Counted from the stretch's first letter, positions 1 through 12,937 are shown. The stretch: 64,000 nt of DNA from Neoconidiobolus thromboides FSU 785 (GCA_025603075.1 MU626358.1:13860-77859); one strand, 5' to 3'. The notes: generated by a model not told the origin, from the letters alone. Made by a program: numbers and translations.

Positions 1-443
1 GCTTTTATTTGAAATCTTACATTAAAGAACAGGTATTTGGTCCAATTAAACCACAGAGTTGGCCACTTTTAGTATCCTAAATTGAGCAGATGGGGTTGAA
101 GCCTCATGTGACATTGATTCACCAATAAGGTCGCTTCAAATTATTCAATCTTGACTCATTAAACTGGTCTAGGAGATAAATTAAGTAAAATTGTAGCTTT
201 TAGTAAGGAATTAAAAACTTAACCGAAAAAGTGAGCATAAAAGTTACATATTAATAAAAAAAACTCAAAAAATATAGATAAGATTCAGTTTGATCTAAAT
301 ATGTAAAATAAGTTTTAAAGGAAGATTCATGTTATGGTAAAAACCAATTGGCTTGGTTGTTGTTTGGAGGTATAAATTCATAAGCAACCAAATTTTGGTT
401 TCTTACTTTTTCTTTTTTTAACTATCTCTTCTCTTATTTTGAA

Positions 444-2358
444 ATGTTACGTTCTGCTTTATCTTGCGCTAAAAAATTAAATACTAGTTTAATCACTCGT
501 TCTGCCTTAAAGAAGTCGGTTGTAAGTCTAGTAAACCATCCTTTATTTCATTTTTTAACCCACTATAAAGCTCTCCCGTCACTTTTCCAGTGCCGTCCCA
601 GAACAAAAAGAGGTAGCTCAACGCTAATTTCAATTATATTTTATAATCAATTTAATAGCCTTCTCAACACTCTACTAGTTTCGCTTCAGAGCAAAAAGAG
701 GTAACCATATTTTTTTCAAACTATATTTTTACTAATGTCTTTTTCTAAGATCCTTAACCAGGGCTTAAAAGACGCCGATCCAGAACTTTTCAATATTATT
801 GAACTTGAAAAGCGTCGTCAACGTGAAAGTATTATTCTTATTCCTTCTGAGGTAAAATTACATTTTATTTCTATGTTAGCTTTTTTAACTTGTTTGAAGA
901 ATTATACTTCTAAAGCTGTCATGGAAGCTTTAGGCTCCGTTATGCAAAATAAGTATTCTGAAGGTTATCCAGGTGCCAGGTAATACAAAATTTAATTTGA
1001 TTCAAGGGTGAAAGTAACATATTCTTTTAAAAAGATATTATGGCGGTAATGAATTTATTGACATGTCTGAATCTTTATGCCAAAAGAGAGCCTTGGAGCT
1101 CTTTAACTTAGACCCTGAAAAATGGGGTGTTAATGTTCAAGCTTTATCAGGTACTTTTATTTTTGTTATTTGTTAACTTGAGATACTAAGTTTTCGTCTA
1201 CTAGGTGCTCCTGCTAATCTTTACGTTTATTATGGTATCATGAAACCCCATGACCGTATTATGGGCCTTGACTTACCTCATGGTGGACAGTAATTTTTAT
1301 TTGATTTACTTAATTCATTGACTTAGTTGATAAGTTTGTCTCACGGGTATCAAACTGATACTAAAAAGATCTCAGCTGTATCAGCTTATTTTGAAACCTT
1401 ACCATACCGTCTTGATGAAACTACTGGTTTAATTGATTACAATGCCCTTGAAAAGAATGCTTTACTTTACAGACCAAAAGTGATCGTCGCTGGTGCTTCA
1501 GCTTATTCTAGAAACATTGACTATGCTCGTATGAAACAAATTGCTACCAAATCTAACTCTTACCTTATGGCTGATATGGCTCATATCTCTGGTCTTGTAG
1601 CAGCTAAAGTATTACCTGGTCCTTTTGATCATGCCGATATCGTTACCACCACCACTCATAAATCCTTACGTGGTCCACGTGGTTCTCTTATCTTTTTCCG
1701 CAAAGGAGTACGTTCCGTTACCAAGCATGGCAAAGAGATCATGTACGATTTAGAAAACAGCATCAATTTTTCTGTTTTCCCTGGACATCAAGGTGGTCCA
1801 CATAACCATACTATTTCTGCTTTAGCCGTTGCTCTTAAGCAAGCTAGCACTCCAAATTTCCGTGAGTATCAACAGAATGTGCTAGACAACTCTCGTTACT
1901 TTGGTGAAAAATTAAGAGAAATCGGTTACACCCTTGTGTCTGGTGGTACTGATACTCATCTTTTGTTGATTGATCTTCGTTCAAAAGGTATTGATGGTGC
2001 TCGTGTTGAAAGTGTATTGGAATTAGTCAATATCGCTTCAAACAAGAACACTGTTCCAGGAGATAAATCTGCTTTTATTCCAGGAGGACTTAGAGTTGGT
2101 ACTCCAGCCATGACTTCTAGAGGTTTCCTTAAAGAAAATTTTGCTCAAGTAGCTCAATTTATTGATCGTGCCGTTAAGATTGCTATTCAAATTAATAAGG
2201 AAGCTGGAGGTAGCAAACTCAAAGATTTCAAGATCTACCTAAACCAAAATGGTGCCAATCATCCAGATATCAAAGCTTTACGCCAAGAAGTTATTGAATT
2301 CTCTAAACAATTCCCAGCTGTTGGGTTTAATGTTGAAGATATGAAGTATCCAAATTAA
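444..2358 (+). CDS. SHM1: Serine hydroxymethyltransferase, mitochondrial-type, multi-exon
   Basis: Arg/Ser/Leu-rich presequence (exon 444-521), then GT-AG joined exons giving [41 protein letters not shown] and the PLP-lysine motif [14 protein letters not shown]; stop 2356-2358. Confidence 0.97.
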
Positions 2359-2488
2359 CTAATTAATGAGTTAATTTAATTTAATGCTTTATAAATAATA
2401 ATGCGCTTTAGAAAAATAAAATAAAAAATTGTTAACTATAAATTGGATATTTGCTATTTTAATAGTATAAATAATATAGTAAAAATAT

Positions 2489-4222
2489 TTAATACAATAT
2501 ATTAAATAAATCATTGGGGAAAATAAATGTTTGCAGGATAGCAATTAGAGTAGCAATGACAATAGTCAACGGTGTAATAATTAAACAATACTTGAAAAGT
2601 GTTAATGAGCCAATATACATCTCCTTCCTTAGCAAAATACCTTTCCACATTAATCCAGCTAACGAGCCGGCTGGCGTAGTATTAGCTCCAAGATTACAAC
2701 ATATAATTATAGCCATAAAAGCAACTGCCCCAACAGCCCGATCCATTTCGTTACTAAAATCTATCATTATTAAAGTTCTAGCTAAGAGTATTGAGGTTGG
2801 TAAATTATTTAATAATGCACAAAGTAGAGTGGTCAAAATACTCATCCCAAATCCAAAAGCATAGACGTTACTGGGTAATACATTAATTATTGTTTGTGCC
2901 AATAATGTGGTAAAACCTCGAACGTGCATAGCTTCAACCATAATAAACATGCCTAATAAAAATGGTAAGAGCCCCCAAGGTAGATTTTTAATAATTGAAA
3001 TAAAAGACGCAAAACGGTTCAAGAATTCACTATACTTGTTATTATTACTATCACTACTACCTTCATTATATAACTGTATTTCCATCTCTTTATTCATTGA
3101 AGGTTCATGTTTTTCTAAAGAGATGATATTGACCGACTTTGAATAATTTACTATACTATCCAAACAATCTATATCACTTTTGTAATTCTTTTTACAAATA
3201 ATACCATCGCTTTTAATAGATCCATTGTTATTTAAATCATTATCCTTCTTCAAAGTGCCATTATTAATTTGATTTAAAATAACACATTGTTCCGTTTGAC
3301 GTCTACTATATTTAAGATCATAAACAACATCCCAAATCACCATAATTAAACCAAAAGGTAATGTAGTAATCCAAACTTCAACATGCCAAACTGAACAAAT
3401 AATTAATGTTATAAGACATAAGATTAATATAACGCTTCCAAAGATTGCTGTAACTGGTTTGATTAATAGCTCTTTTGGATTCACTTCAATATTAATAACA
3501 TTGTTAGATAATCTATTCCAAAATATCATTAATAATACTATTAATTCAATAACAATTGAAAATAAAAATGGTAATGATAATAATTGCGAATAATTTAAAA
3601 AAGATATGTTATAAGCCATACTGATAACTACATTCGTTGGATTACCAACATATAAAGCTAACGAAGCTGTATTGGCACCTATAAACTCGCCAATAAAAAA
3701 GGGTAATGGATCTATATTTAAAGCTTTAGATAAATAGCAGATTAATGGTGTTAAAGTTAAAATCACAACGTCGTTTGAAGCTATAGCTCCAACTACAACT
3801 GTAAATAAAAAGAAAGCTACAAAAAATAATCTAATTGACTTCGAACTCCATTTACTTATTACTAACGCTAAGTATGAAAATATACCAGTATGATCTAAGG
3901 ATATACATATATATGCTAAACTAAATATCAATACTAATACACTTAAAGGCTGTATACTATTTGGGCTTCCGATAATACCATTACTAAAATCCTTAATCGA
4001 AATGGAAGTGGTAGCCAGTAATAAAACACTTGTTATAATTGGAGAAGTAGAATAATTTAATTGAAATTCTAGCTTTTTCCTATTATGTTTGAATGGTAGC
4101 TTAATAATTATTGGAAATTGAATCAAAATGATTTGGATTAAAAATAAAGCTAATACAATCCATGTGCGAAAGCTCGAAGTATCGTAATTTAGTCCATTAG
4201 TATTCTCTTTCAATTTTAACAT
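2489..4222 (-). CDS. ArsB/NhaD-type (ion transporter superfamily) membrane permease, intronless
   Basis: 577-aa ORF with many hydrophobic helices; motifs SNDVVILTLTP, ANTASLALYVGNPTN, LLNNLPT and NLGANTTPAGSLAGLMW typical of the ArsB/arsenical pump family. Confidence 0.85.
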   Translation of the reverse strand: MLKLKENTNGLNYDTSSFRTWIVLALFLIQIILIQFPIIIKLPFKHNRKKLEFQLNYSTSPIITSVLLLATTSISIKDFSNGIIGSPNSIQPLSVLVLIFSLAYICISLDHTGIFSYLALVISKWSSKSIRLFFVAFFLFTVVVGAIASNDVVILTLTPLICYLSKALNIDPLPFFIGEFIGANTASLALYVGNPTNVVISMAYNISFLNYSQLLSLPFLFSIVIELIVLLMIFWNRLSNNVINIEVNPKELLIKPVTAIFGSVILILCLITLIICSVWHVEVWITTLPFGLIMVIWDVVYDLKYSRRQTEQCVILNQINNGTLKKDNDLNNNGSIKSDGIICKKNYKSDIDCLDSIVNYSKSVNIISLEKHEPSMNKEMEIQLYNEGSSDSNNNKYSEFLNRFASFISIIKNLPWGLLPFLLGMFIMVEAMHVRGFTTLLAQTIINVLPSNVYAFGFGMSILTTLLCALLNNLPTSILLARTLIMIDFSNEMDRAVGAVAFMAIIICCNLGANTTPAGSLAGLMWKGILLRKEMYIGSLTLFKYCLIITPLTIVIATLIAILQTFIFPNDLFNILY

Positions 4223-5738
4223 CTTTATCGACTCAAGGTGTTTTTCTTCATCTATTTATATTTCAAGTGTAATGATTTAATTTTTACAACTTCCTTGCGT
4301 TTTTTTGAAAAAAATCTTGATGGGAAATTGCTAAGTTTTCATAAATTTTAAATGAGCTAATTTAAATTAAGATTTATGATTTTGATTATTCAAAAGTTAC
4401 CATTAAATACTGTCAACCAGTCAATGAAAATAAAGCTTACATCTATCAAATTGTATGCTCTAATAATTCCAACAAGTGGTAACTTACAAAATTTCTCCAC
4501 CTTTTAACACTAAATTATAGAAAAAAGCATATTACAAAGTTATAGCCTACTTTGTATCCTTTTTGATAACTAAAACTATATGCCCTTGCCCAGCTGCTTA
4601 TTTGGTCTTATTGAAAGTGTCTCTACTAAACTAGATACTCATATATATCCTTCTCATCTTCTTTTTTAGCTTCTATTATGGATGATTTATTAGCTTTTTT
4701 AAAAGTGTTCTTGGCAAAAGTTAATCGTTTCCACATGTCAAGGAAGTGACCATTCTATTTCTCTTGGGGACCATAGCTGCTTATTATTCATAAAACCTTA
4801 TATTGTTTAGTTGAATCCACTTCTATCGGTAACTCTATAAGTTTTTTCGAATATACTAGCTTCGATTGTGTATCACCAAATATTATCTTGGAATGGATTA
4901 TCAATTTGAATGTTCCGAGATTGAGTAGAATTAGTAGGAATTGTGAAGGAACAAAGTTATAGGACTTGAAGCTGAATTGTTATAATTGGTACTATTTGTT
5001 CTGCCTAGTCATTTAGGTACTAGTATACATTTGGCCCGTGTTTGGCTTGGTATATAAATTTTTGTTTGTGCCTTATATCCATCTTAACTACCACTTGATT
5101 CTCGTCCATCTTAAAGCTTAGTCTTATTATTTAAAAATGTGTAATTTTTTTCAAGTAATGTGTTACATTAAGAGACCAAAAGTGAAATACATTTGAAATG
5201 CACATGTTTTATTTTTATAATAAATTAGATAGGTTTTATAGCTGCTATGGAAAGTATATTAAATTGATGAATTAAGAGTAAAATAGAATGCTAAGTGGTT
5301 AAATACAATTAAATCCTTATATAAATAAAAGTCTATTGATTTTATATTTTTGTTTTACTAATTTCATTCTGAGATTTCATCCATCAAAATTATTGGAGTT
5401 TTTATTGAAAACTTGATGGACTTTGCTAATGTTAAATTACGGAACAATATCATTGAGCTCTCTATATTATATTCTATGTCTACAATTGTAGTAACCTAAG
5501 CTCAAAATAATTTTTTTTAGCTTTGATTTTGGAAAATCAGAGTTTCACCAAACTTCTATATATTTTAAGCTGTATCTATTGGCAAAATAAAAATTTAATA
5601 CGTAAAAAATTCCTCATAAATAATTTATACTTAAAATCAAATACATCAATTAAATACAATTGTACTGAATAAGATCAATAATAACATATTCATTAATCTA
5701 GATTTCTATTAAAAATTTCATTCCTTAAAAAACAAAAT

Positions 5739-5832
5739 GGGGATATATTTTTTTGTTTAAAATTTTGCTAGTAACTTTCCGCTCAAATAGCGCTCAAAAG
5801 ATGGAAAAAGTGATCAAACCAAAAACATCCTC
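5739..5832 (+). mobile_element. MITE-A copy 1
   Basis: Matches consensus GGGGATGTATTTTTTGTTTAAGAATTTTACTAACAATTTTTCCGCTCAAATAGCGCTTAAAAAATGGAAAAAGTAATGAAATCAAAAAAACATCCCC (strand label arbitrary). Confidence 0.85.
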
Positions 5833-6071
5833 AAATCTATTATAATAAAACAATATAACATAATAAAGTACAAGATAACATTAAAAAAATTGTATTTTTT
5901 TTAATAATTAATAATAAAATTGGTCCATAGTATAGGTAGCTTGATCATCAATGGAATTAGGTAATAAGGGTGGGAAATTTACTTTAAAGTTGACATAAAA
6001 TTATTTTAAAAATAGTATTTAAATTTATAAACTAAGTTAAAAGAGGTAACATATAAAATTTCAAACTCAAT

Positions 6072-7324
6072 TTATGCCCAAACCTAAAAAATAATACACA
6101 TTAGTACCTTACATCAAATTAATATACATATAACTTACTTTAAGCATAGTATCCCATGAACCAGTGCAAAGTGCCATACCATCAGATGAAACTCCAAGGC
6201 ATGAAACACGGTTATCATGACCAGTTAATACTCCAACACGCTCTCCTTTCAATGTATCCCAAACATTACAACTATAATCATCATACCCAGCGAAGAGTAA
6301 ACGTCCAGAGGAAGAAAAGGCAACAGAAGTAACTCCGCTTAAAATATTGTCATGTACATATTGGTTTAATTCCCGATCAGCTCTTAAATCGAATAAGCGG
6401 CATGAATTATCATCTGAACCAGTCCCAATAGCATTGCCATTAGGGAAAAATCTAAAATAAAGTTAATTTCCTTATTATTAATAGCAAATCCATTAATTAC
6501 TGAACAGCATTGATATCGTTTTCATGTCCAGCAAAAGTTTGTACACAACGTCCAGAACGAATATCCCATATCTTAGCAGTGGTATCACAACCACCTGAAA
6601 CGAATATATTCTTATCTGGAGATAATGAAAGGCTAATTAAAGTCAACATTAGTTCGTCATATTATTCATCTTATAACTCTAAAATTACCTCATGACATCC
6701 CCAGTATGATCATTGAATTCGGTAATTTTTACTCCAGATTCGATATCCCATAAAATACAAGACATATCACCAGAACAGGTAAGGATCTGACGATCACTTA
6801 AGAATCTACAACAAGAAAGGTAGCCAGTATGTGAACTTAACTCACGAGATACTTTAATTGGACCTTCACGAGAAGATAAAGCATAAATGGAACAAATGTT
6901 ATCTAAACCACCACAAGCTACTAATCCACCGGATGGGGCATAGGCACATGTCATTACCCAAGATGATCGTAATGGGATGGCATATAATTTGTTGGTGGAA
7001 TAAGCATCCCAAACTAAAAGTTTACCGTCTTGGGAAGCGGATATTAAGTGGCGTTCGTCTTGTGACCAATGCATGGCATAAATTTTAGCCAAATGGCCTT
7101 TCAGGGTACGACGTACTTTTATATTTACTCGTGGCAAAGGTTCAAGTTCAGAAGCCATGGCTTTTACTAAAAGATTTCAAATTGAAGTTAGAAATATGAA
7201 CTGTATTATAGAGTGATCACTTACAAGTGGTATCAGCAAGCGAATCCTTTTTAATACGTATCTTTTCATTTAAAGTTTCCGCTTCTTTTCTGGCCAAGTT
7301 GATTCTTTCAGCTATATCTGACAT
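6072..7324 (-). CDS. GPB1: Heterotrimeric G-protein beta subunit
   Basis: Exon 1 [18 protein letters not shown] (coiled coil), [18 protein letters not shown]40 repeats, [19 protein letters not shown] and terminal micro-exon VWA* (stop 6072-6074). Confidence 0.97.
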
Positions 7325-8565
7325 TTTTTATCAAAAGGTTTTAGTTTTAAAAGATAAGTTATATTTCTGTTTTCCTTAAAATAAATTAAAGAATTAAATT
7401 TGGAACATTAATAAAAAATGGCGAGTATATTATTGGCTTAAAAAAACTCAATTAGTTAGCATTGACCATTCCAATGTATTGTTTTTATTGGTTAAGAATG
7501 TTTTTAAATGGTTCTATTGCCTCTTTGGGTAGGAGTATTTTCCATTTATTTAAGGGGAGAGCAAGTTGAGTAAATTTTTTGTAAGCTTCTATTTAAGGTT
7601 ACATATGACTTCATCCTTTTGTTTTTTTAGCCTTTCCCTTTTTTTATGAAAAATAAAATCGTGAATTTGAGTTATTAAGAATTTATAGTTAACTAAAAAT
7701 ATAAATAATCTTTTTCTTAGAAATAAAGTTACTTATTATAACTTCAATAGTGTTATATTAGTTTTTTTTTGAATTTAGTATACAAAATGGTATAGCAACT
7801 CATTTTTAAACTCCAAAAAGAGTTAACATATTAATTTATTAAATAATAATTAGCATAATTTTAAACTCAATTATTAAAAAAATAAAAAGTAGCACAATGG
7901 GAACGGTTTTATTAATTTAATTAAAAAGATCACAATAAATCAATCCCTTGTTTCCCCACCGTTTGTATTGTAAACATACCAAATAAATGAACCAAGTTAA
8001 ACTTTCTATAATAAATATATGAGATTGTATTAAAAAACTAATTCTAATATTTATAAGCGTAACATATTAATAATATCGGTTACAATGATTCAACTTGAAT
8101 GAAAAAACAGTAATATACGAATTATTAATTGTGCATGCTACAATTATTACGATCAATATTGATAACCAAGACTAGTGCCTATCATGATAGCTTAAGATAA
8201 ATATTAAAATAAACATATTGTGATTTAAAATAGTCACTTATGTCTATCACAATATTTTAGCAGAGTCATCAATGTCCAAAAGAATGATCTAGAGTAGCTA
8301 GTGACATTACCAAATTTTTTTAAAATAACTCTAATATATTATATAAAAATTTAGAGTATATACTGATAAAACATATTATGATTCTCAACGATAACAATAA
8401 TAAATTAACTAATAAACATACCTACAAACATACTAAGAAGGTAAGTAATTGATAAGCGTTTGAAATTAAAAATAAAACACTATACACATGCTAAAAACTT
8501 TGCCTTTGATCAATTTTAATAATTAAACCTTATTTTATAAAAATATATAAAAAAATAAAACATTT

Positions 8566-9305
8566 CTAATGTGGTTTAGGCTTAAATCCTATATAAAAAG
8601 AAAAAATTAATACTTCCCTATTATATTAAATTTTTATTCAAATATTACCATCAACAGCCATATTTCTAGTAGCAGAAGGGATCTTAAACGTAGCACCTTT
8701 TAATTCAGGTGTTATCATAACTTGACATCCTAGTCTTGAACTAAAAAAATAATTAAATTAAACAAAATAAACAAAACTATCACTAAAATACAAAATCTCA
8801 CGTTTCACTAAGTCCAAAAGCTAAATCTAACATATCATTTTCTTCATCCGTTGGTTCTTCTAATGAATCAAAAACCTCTTGTTCTAAAATAACATGGCAT
8901 GTTGAGCAAGCTAAGCTCGATTCGCATGCTCCTTTTAGAGGTGAAACAATTTCAATTAATTTATGCTTTGGCTTTTGATTTAGTTTTAATTACCTTCTAA
9001 ATCTATATTATTAGCATGAGCTACATCCAAAACGCTTGAACCCTCAGCTCCATACACGGTTACTTTTTCTCCTTCAGTAGTTATGAAGTTGATATCTATA
9101 CTGGAATTTGTTATTTTTAAGTAAATTATCAAGATGATTTATACTTACCCTTCTCCAGGCTTCAATTTTTTTGAACCATGGGATCGAGCTAAAAAAATTA
9201 TAAAATTAAACAAATATAATAATATTGAACCTTACAAGTATTCCTCATCAGCGTATTAGTAGTCATTCTATGCGTTATTTTTAAGTTTCTAAGTAAGCGT
9301 AACAT
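8566..9305 (-). CDS. YAH1: Mitochondrial [2Fe-2S] ferredoxin (adrenodoxin/Yah1-like); not in ORF track
   Basis: Spliced translation: presequence MLRLLRNLK..., [52 protein letters not shown]. Confidence 0.95.
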
Positions 9306-9393
9306 TTTTATTATGATTGTTGAGTTTAAAAAAAAAATAAAGATTTTATTTCGATAGTTTTTTATTTCGAGATTTAGAAAACTTGGGTCTCTT

Positions 9394-9403
9394 AGCCAAT
9401 CAG
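9394..9403 (+). promoter_or_regulatory. CCAAT box (NF-Y/HAP-type) upstream of the ferredoxin gene
   Basis: AGCCAATCAG about 90 bp upstream of the ATG at 9305; similar CCAAT words lie upstream of several other genes (e.g. near 29957, 33540, 50614). Confidence 0.45.
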
Positions 9404-9663
9404 ATCAAATCTGATTTTATAGATAAAAGATAAGATTTAAAATATATGAAGTACTATACTAGAATAAAATAATAAAATAAAAGCGTAATTGAATATAAAA
9501 TAAAACACGTTTGTATTCAGCAGTGGAGGGATATTAAAAAAAAGATGATATGTCATTAGATAATTAATCAAATCAAAAGGGTAAAAGGATAAAAGGTCTA
9601 CAAAGCTAATTCAATAAATGTATCTAAATTTAAATTACAATTCTATATTAACAAGAAACTGAC

Positions 9664-10224
9664 TCATAAAATCTGAAACTGTCTACTTGATAAAAGGGCC
9701 AACAAAAATGGGGAAGAGTTAACGATTGAGAAACAAAAGTTGACTTTCGAACTATTAACGGTCTCTTTATCACTACCAGTATACAGTGTGATGGCACTAA
9801 GGAATGTGGACTTAAAACTAACAAATATTATTACACTATCCTGTAATATCCAAGATATTTAAATTTACCAAAATGGGACTTTCAAAATAAACAATCCTTT
9901 CTCCTTATCATAGTTGAGTAGTTCAAAAAATAGACCAGTATTAATGACACCATGAGAATATTTTAATGTGTTGTTAATATGCTCTTTTAATTTTTCATTG
10001 GTTAGTCTGATTCGACACTTTGTTATTGGCTTTATTATCTGTTCTCCAAAATACCTTTTTTGAGCATCATTTAATTTTACTTTGATCTGCTCATCTTCTT
10101 TTTCGGTTAATCTAAAAGATGGAGGTTAATGCAAATTAGATTTAAATATGGTATTATGTCTCGGTTACATTTTGATTTTTAAGTAAAAATAACTAGGCTC
10201 ATTTATTATTATTGTACTTTTCAT
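9664..10224 (-). CDS. POP8: RNase P/MRP subunit, Pop8/Rpp14-like; three exons, not in ORF track
   Basis: Spliced: MKSTIIINEPSYFYLKIKI-LTEK...LKEHINNTLKYSHGVINTGLFFELLNYDKEKGLFILKVPF-CFKSTFLSAITLY...IVNSSPFLLALLSSRQFQIL*; GT-AG introns keep the frame; pattern fits the Rpp14/Pop5/Pop8 fold. Confidence 0.65.
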
Positions 10225-10327
10225 TTTGTTAAAGTTAAATCAAAAATGATCTTTTTTGTATTTCACTTCATAATTTATTTTTCTGCATATTTTTAAAAAT
10301 TAGTTAAAAATAAAATTATGAATTTAT

Positions 10328-11133
10328 TCAACTATTTCGTTTAAATAATTCAAGCTTCCTTGCAACATGATCAATCAGAGCCTGTAATGGAGTAGTAGAT
10401 GTCGCTAGCTCACTTATGCTTTTGTTTAAATTATTAATACTATTTTGAAACTTAGTAGGAAGCTCCTAAAAAACAATCAAATTAAAACCATAAACTAAAA
10501 ACTACAAAATGGACTTACCTGATCAATATTACTATTTTCCATTATTGGATGACTAGAGATACTCACCTTGTTATTATTCTCGTTATTACCCAAAAGTATG
10601 GGATTGATTAATTGTTTATTAAGGGAATTGTTTTTCTTATTCAATAAATCAAAATTATTTTTAATCCTATTATAACTTAATTCTAATTCTTTCACTCTGT
10701 TTTCTTCTGCCAAAATGCTCTTCCTTAATACAGTTAACGTTTCCAATTCTTTAATAATTACACTTTCCAACCCATGAACATCCCTTCTAAGTATCAACTT
10801 ATTACCTTTGATACCGGTGTTCTGCGGTACTCTTATTTTACTTAAATTTAAACTAAGTTTGGAAATTAAATGGAATAGTAAACTACTGACTTCATCTTTC
10901 TTTTGACTTTTTTGTAAGGTTATTAACTGTGCTTGCTCTAATATCTTTTGATACCTTTTAATGGCATTAATGTTTAATAAATCCCATCCTTTCTTGGGTT
11001 GTGTTGTTGGTATCACTGGCTCTACTGGCTCTTCGGCTCTTCGTGCAGGTTCTTGTGGCGCAGACACCACTGGCTTGCGTCTCTTTATTGCTGGTTTTGC
11101 TTTTTTCAATTGAAATTTTTTGAGTTTGGCCAT
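10328..11133 (-). CDS. CENPQ: CENP-Q/Okp1-like inner kinetochore protein (2 exons)
   Basis: Basic N-terminus, then GWDLL...KKDEVSSLLFHLISKLSLNLSKIRVPQ resembling the CENP-Q W-x-x-L...E...L..L...L....+VP core, coiled coil; intron after NIDQ, exon 2 ELPTKF...LIDHVARKLELFKRNS*. Confidence 0.6.
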
Positions 11134-11581
11134 CCAATTTATTTAGAGTATAATAAATTCTTTTTTGAGAGTTAAAATGTTGAGTTGCTTAAATTAAAGG
11201 CTATTTTTTTAGAATTATGATTTTTTAATCCTTCTCAATTGGGCAAAAAAAAATCGTGTTCATAGCATTTATGCAAAAGGGCAACTTTGCAATAAAGTGA
11301 CTAAAAAATTGGCTGAGTTTAAACTAGTTACACATAAAAAAGTAGTTTTATAGATGCAATCTTGTCAAAAATTAAACTATTTTAAAAAATAGCTTAAAGG
11401 TTAACAATTGTCTATTAAAGTATCTGGTAAAAAGTAAAATATGAAGTTGAATAAAAGTTTTAAAAATCTACATAATAATTGCTCTAAACCGTATTTTTTA
11501 ATAAACCTTTGTTTTTTATATTGTTTATAAATTTTTTATAAATTCGATTTTAATTTTTTTGTTTTTGCTAATAAATAAAAT

Positions 11582-11679
11582 TGGGATATATTTTTATGTT
11601 TAAGAATTTTGCTAACAGATTTTCCACTCAAATAATGCTTAAAAAATAAAAAAAGTAATGAAGTCAAAAAAACACTCCC
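11582..11679 (+). mobile_element. MITE-A copy 2
   Basis: Full-length diverged match to consensus. Confidence 0.85.
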
Positions 11680-12040
11680 AAATATTTAATGATAAGTTAT
11701 TAATTTCAACTTAAATAATTAATAAATTTATATTAAAACCTATTTAAATCAATTACTATATAGTTGTTTTTTTGTATAAGCATTAAGTTTATTTATAGTT
11801 GGTTATTATAAATTTTAATATTGTAATAAGAAAGCAGTAAAGGTTTTTTAGTTGATTATTTATTATAAATTAAAAAATCTTGGTTTTAATAATTAAAATA
11901 AATTTATAAAATAAAATAACAATATACAATAAATACCAGTTTTTATATATAACCTATACTGATAACAAACTATATAAAAAATCAATTAAAACTATTTAAA
12001 AATTTAAAAATAAGGTAAACTTTTCATTAAAATTAGATAT

Positions 12041-12133
12041 GTGGGTATTTTTTGACTTCATCACTTTTTCCATCTTAAGTTATTTGAGTAGAAAAACTAT
12101 TAGTAAAATTCTTAAACACAAAAAAACACCCTC
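12041..12133 (-). mobile_element. MITE-A copy 3
   Basis: Reverse-complement match; ATAT flanks. Confidence 0.85.
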
Positions 12134-12528
12134 ATATATTAAAATTTAAAAAGGGAAAATATTATACTAGAAATATTTTTGATACTTTGTATCAAAGTGT
12201 TATATATAAAAAATATGTTATAAGTTACAATTTTTTGCCATAATTATTAAATATAAGCATTAAAATAAAAATAAAATACAAGCTCTTATAATTAGATTTT
12301 AGTATAATAAGGAAAAATGTATTATAGAGACATTGTAATTCATTTATATTAATTCTAACTATTTATAACTTAAAGCTTATAGAATTTTATAATAAAATAA
12401 AATAAAAATTATTAAAGTTTATTATTATTAATAAACTTAATCAAGCAATATACAAAATCAATGTTTTAAAGGAAACAGCAAACAGAAACCAATAAATAAC
12501 ATTATTATCAACTATAGTTTTAGTATAT

Positions 12529-12624
12529 GGGATGTGTTTTTTTGTTTAAGAATTTTACTACAATCTTTTCAATCAAATAGCGCTTAAAAAAATGGTAAAA
12601 TAATGAAACTAAAAAAAACAGCCC
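12529..12624 (+). mobile_element. MITE-A copy 4
   Basis: Full-length match. Confidence 0.85.
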
Positions 12625-12839
12625 TATATTTTTTTAACAAATATAAAATTTTACAGTTAATGTAAATATAAATATAAATCAATAGTAATAAGGTATTAGT
12701 ATTGTAGCTTATTATTAGGAACACAAAAAAATTAAAGATGAGAAAATTAAAATTATATAATGCTTATTAAACAATTTAACTATTTTGTCAATATTTAGTA
12801 AAAAAAGTAATAATAACAGATATTTATCAGATAGTATAT

Positions 12840-12937
12840 GGGGCTGTATTTTTTTGTTTGAAAGTTTTACTAACAAACTTTCCGCTTAAATAGCGCTTAA
12901 AAATGGAAAAAATAATGAAGTCAAAAAAAACACTCCC
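12840..12937 (+). mobile_element. MITE-A copy 5
   Basis: Full-length match; ATAT flanks. Confidence 0.87.

Noticed and set aside
1-170. Possible decayed coding exon on the minus strand at the window start
   Set aside because: Multiple stops in all frames and too short to assign.
2514-3146. Plus-strand ORFs 2514-2864 and 2907-3146, and other antisense ORFs (6510, 6858, 15932, 21165, 36892, 37779, 43027, 43600, 45825, 53636, 62598, 63462, 63673)
   Set aside because: Shadows of real genes on the opposite strand or in another frame; no independent features.
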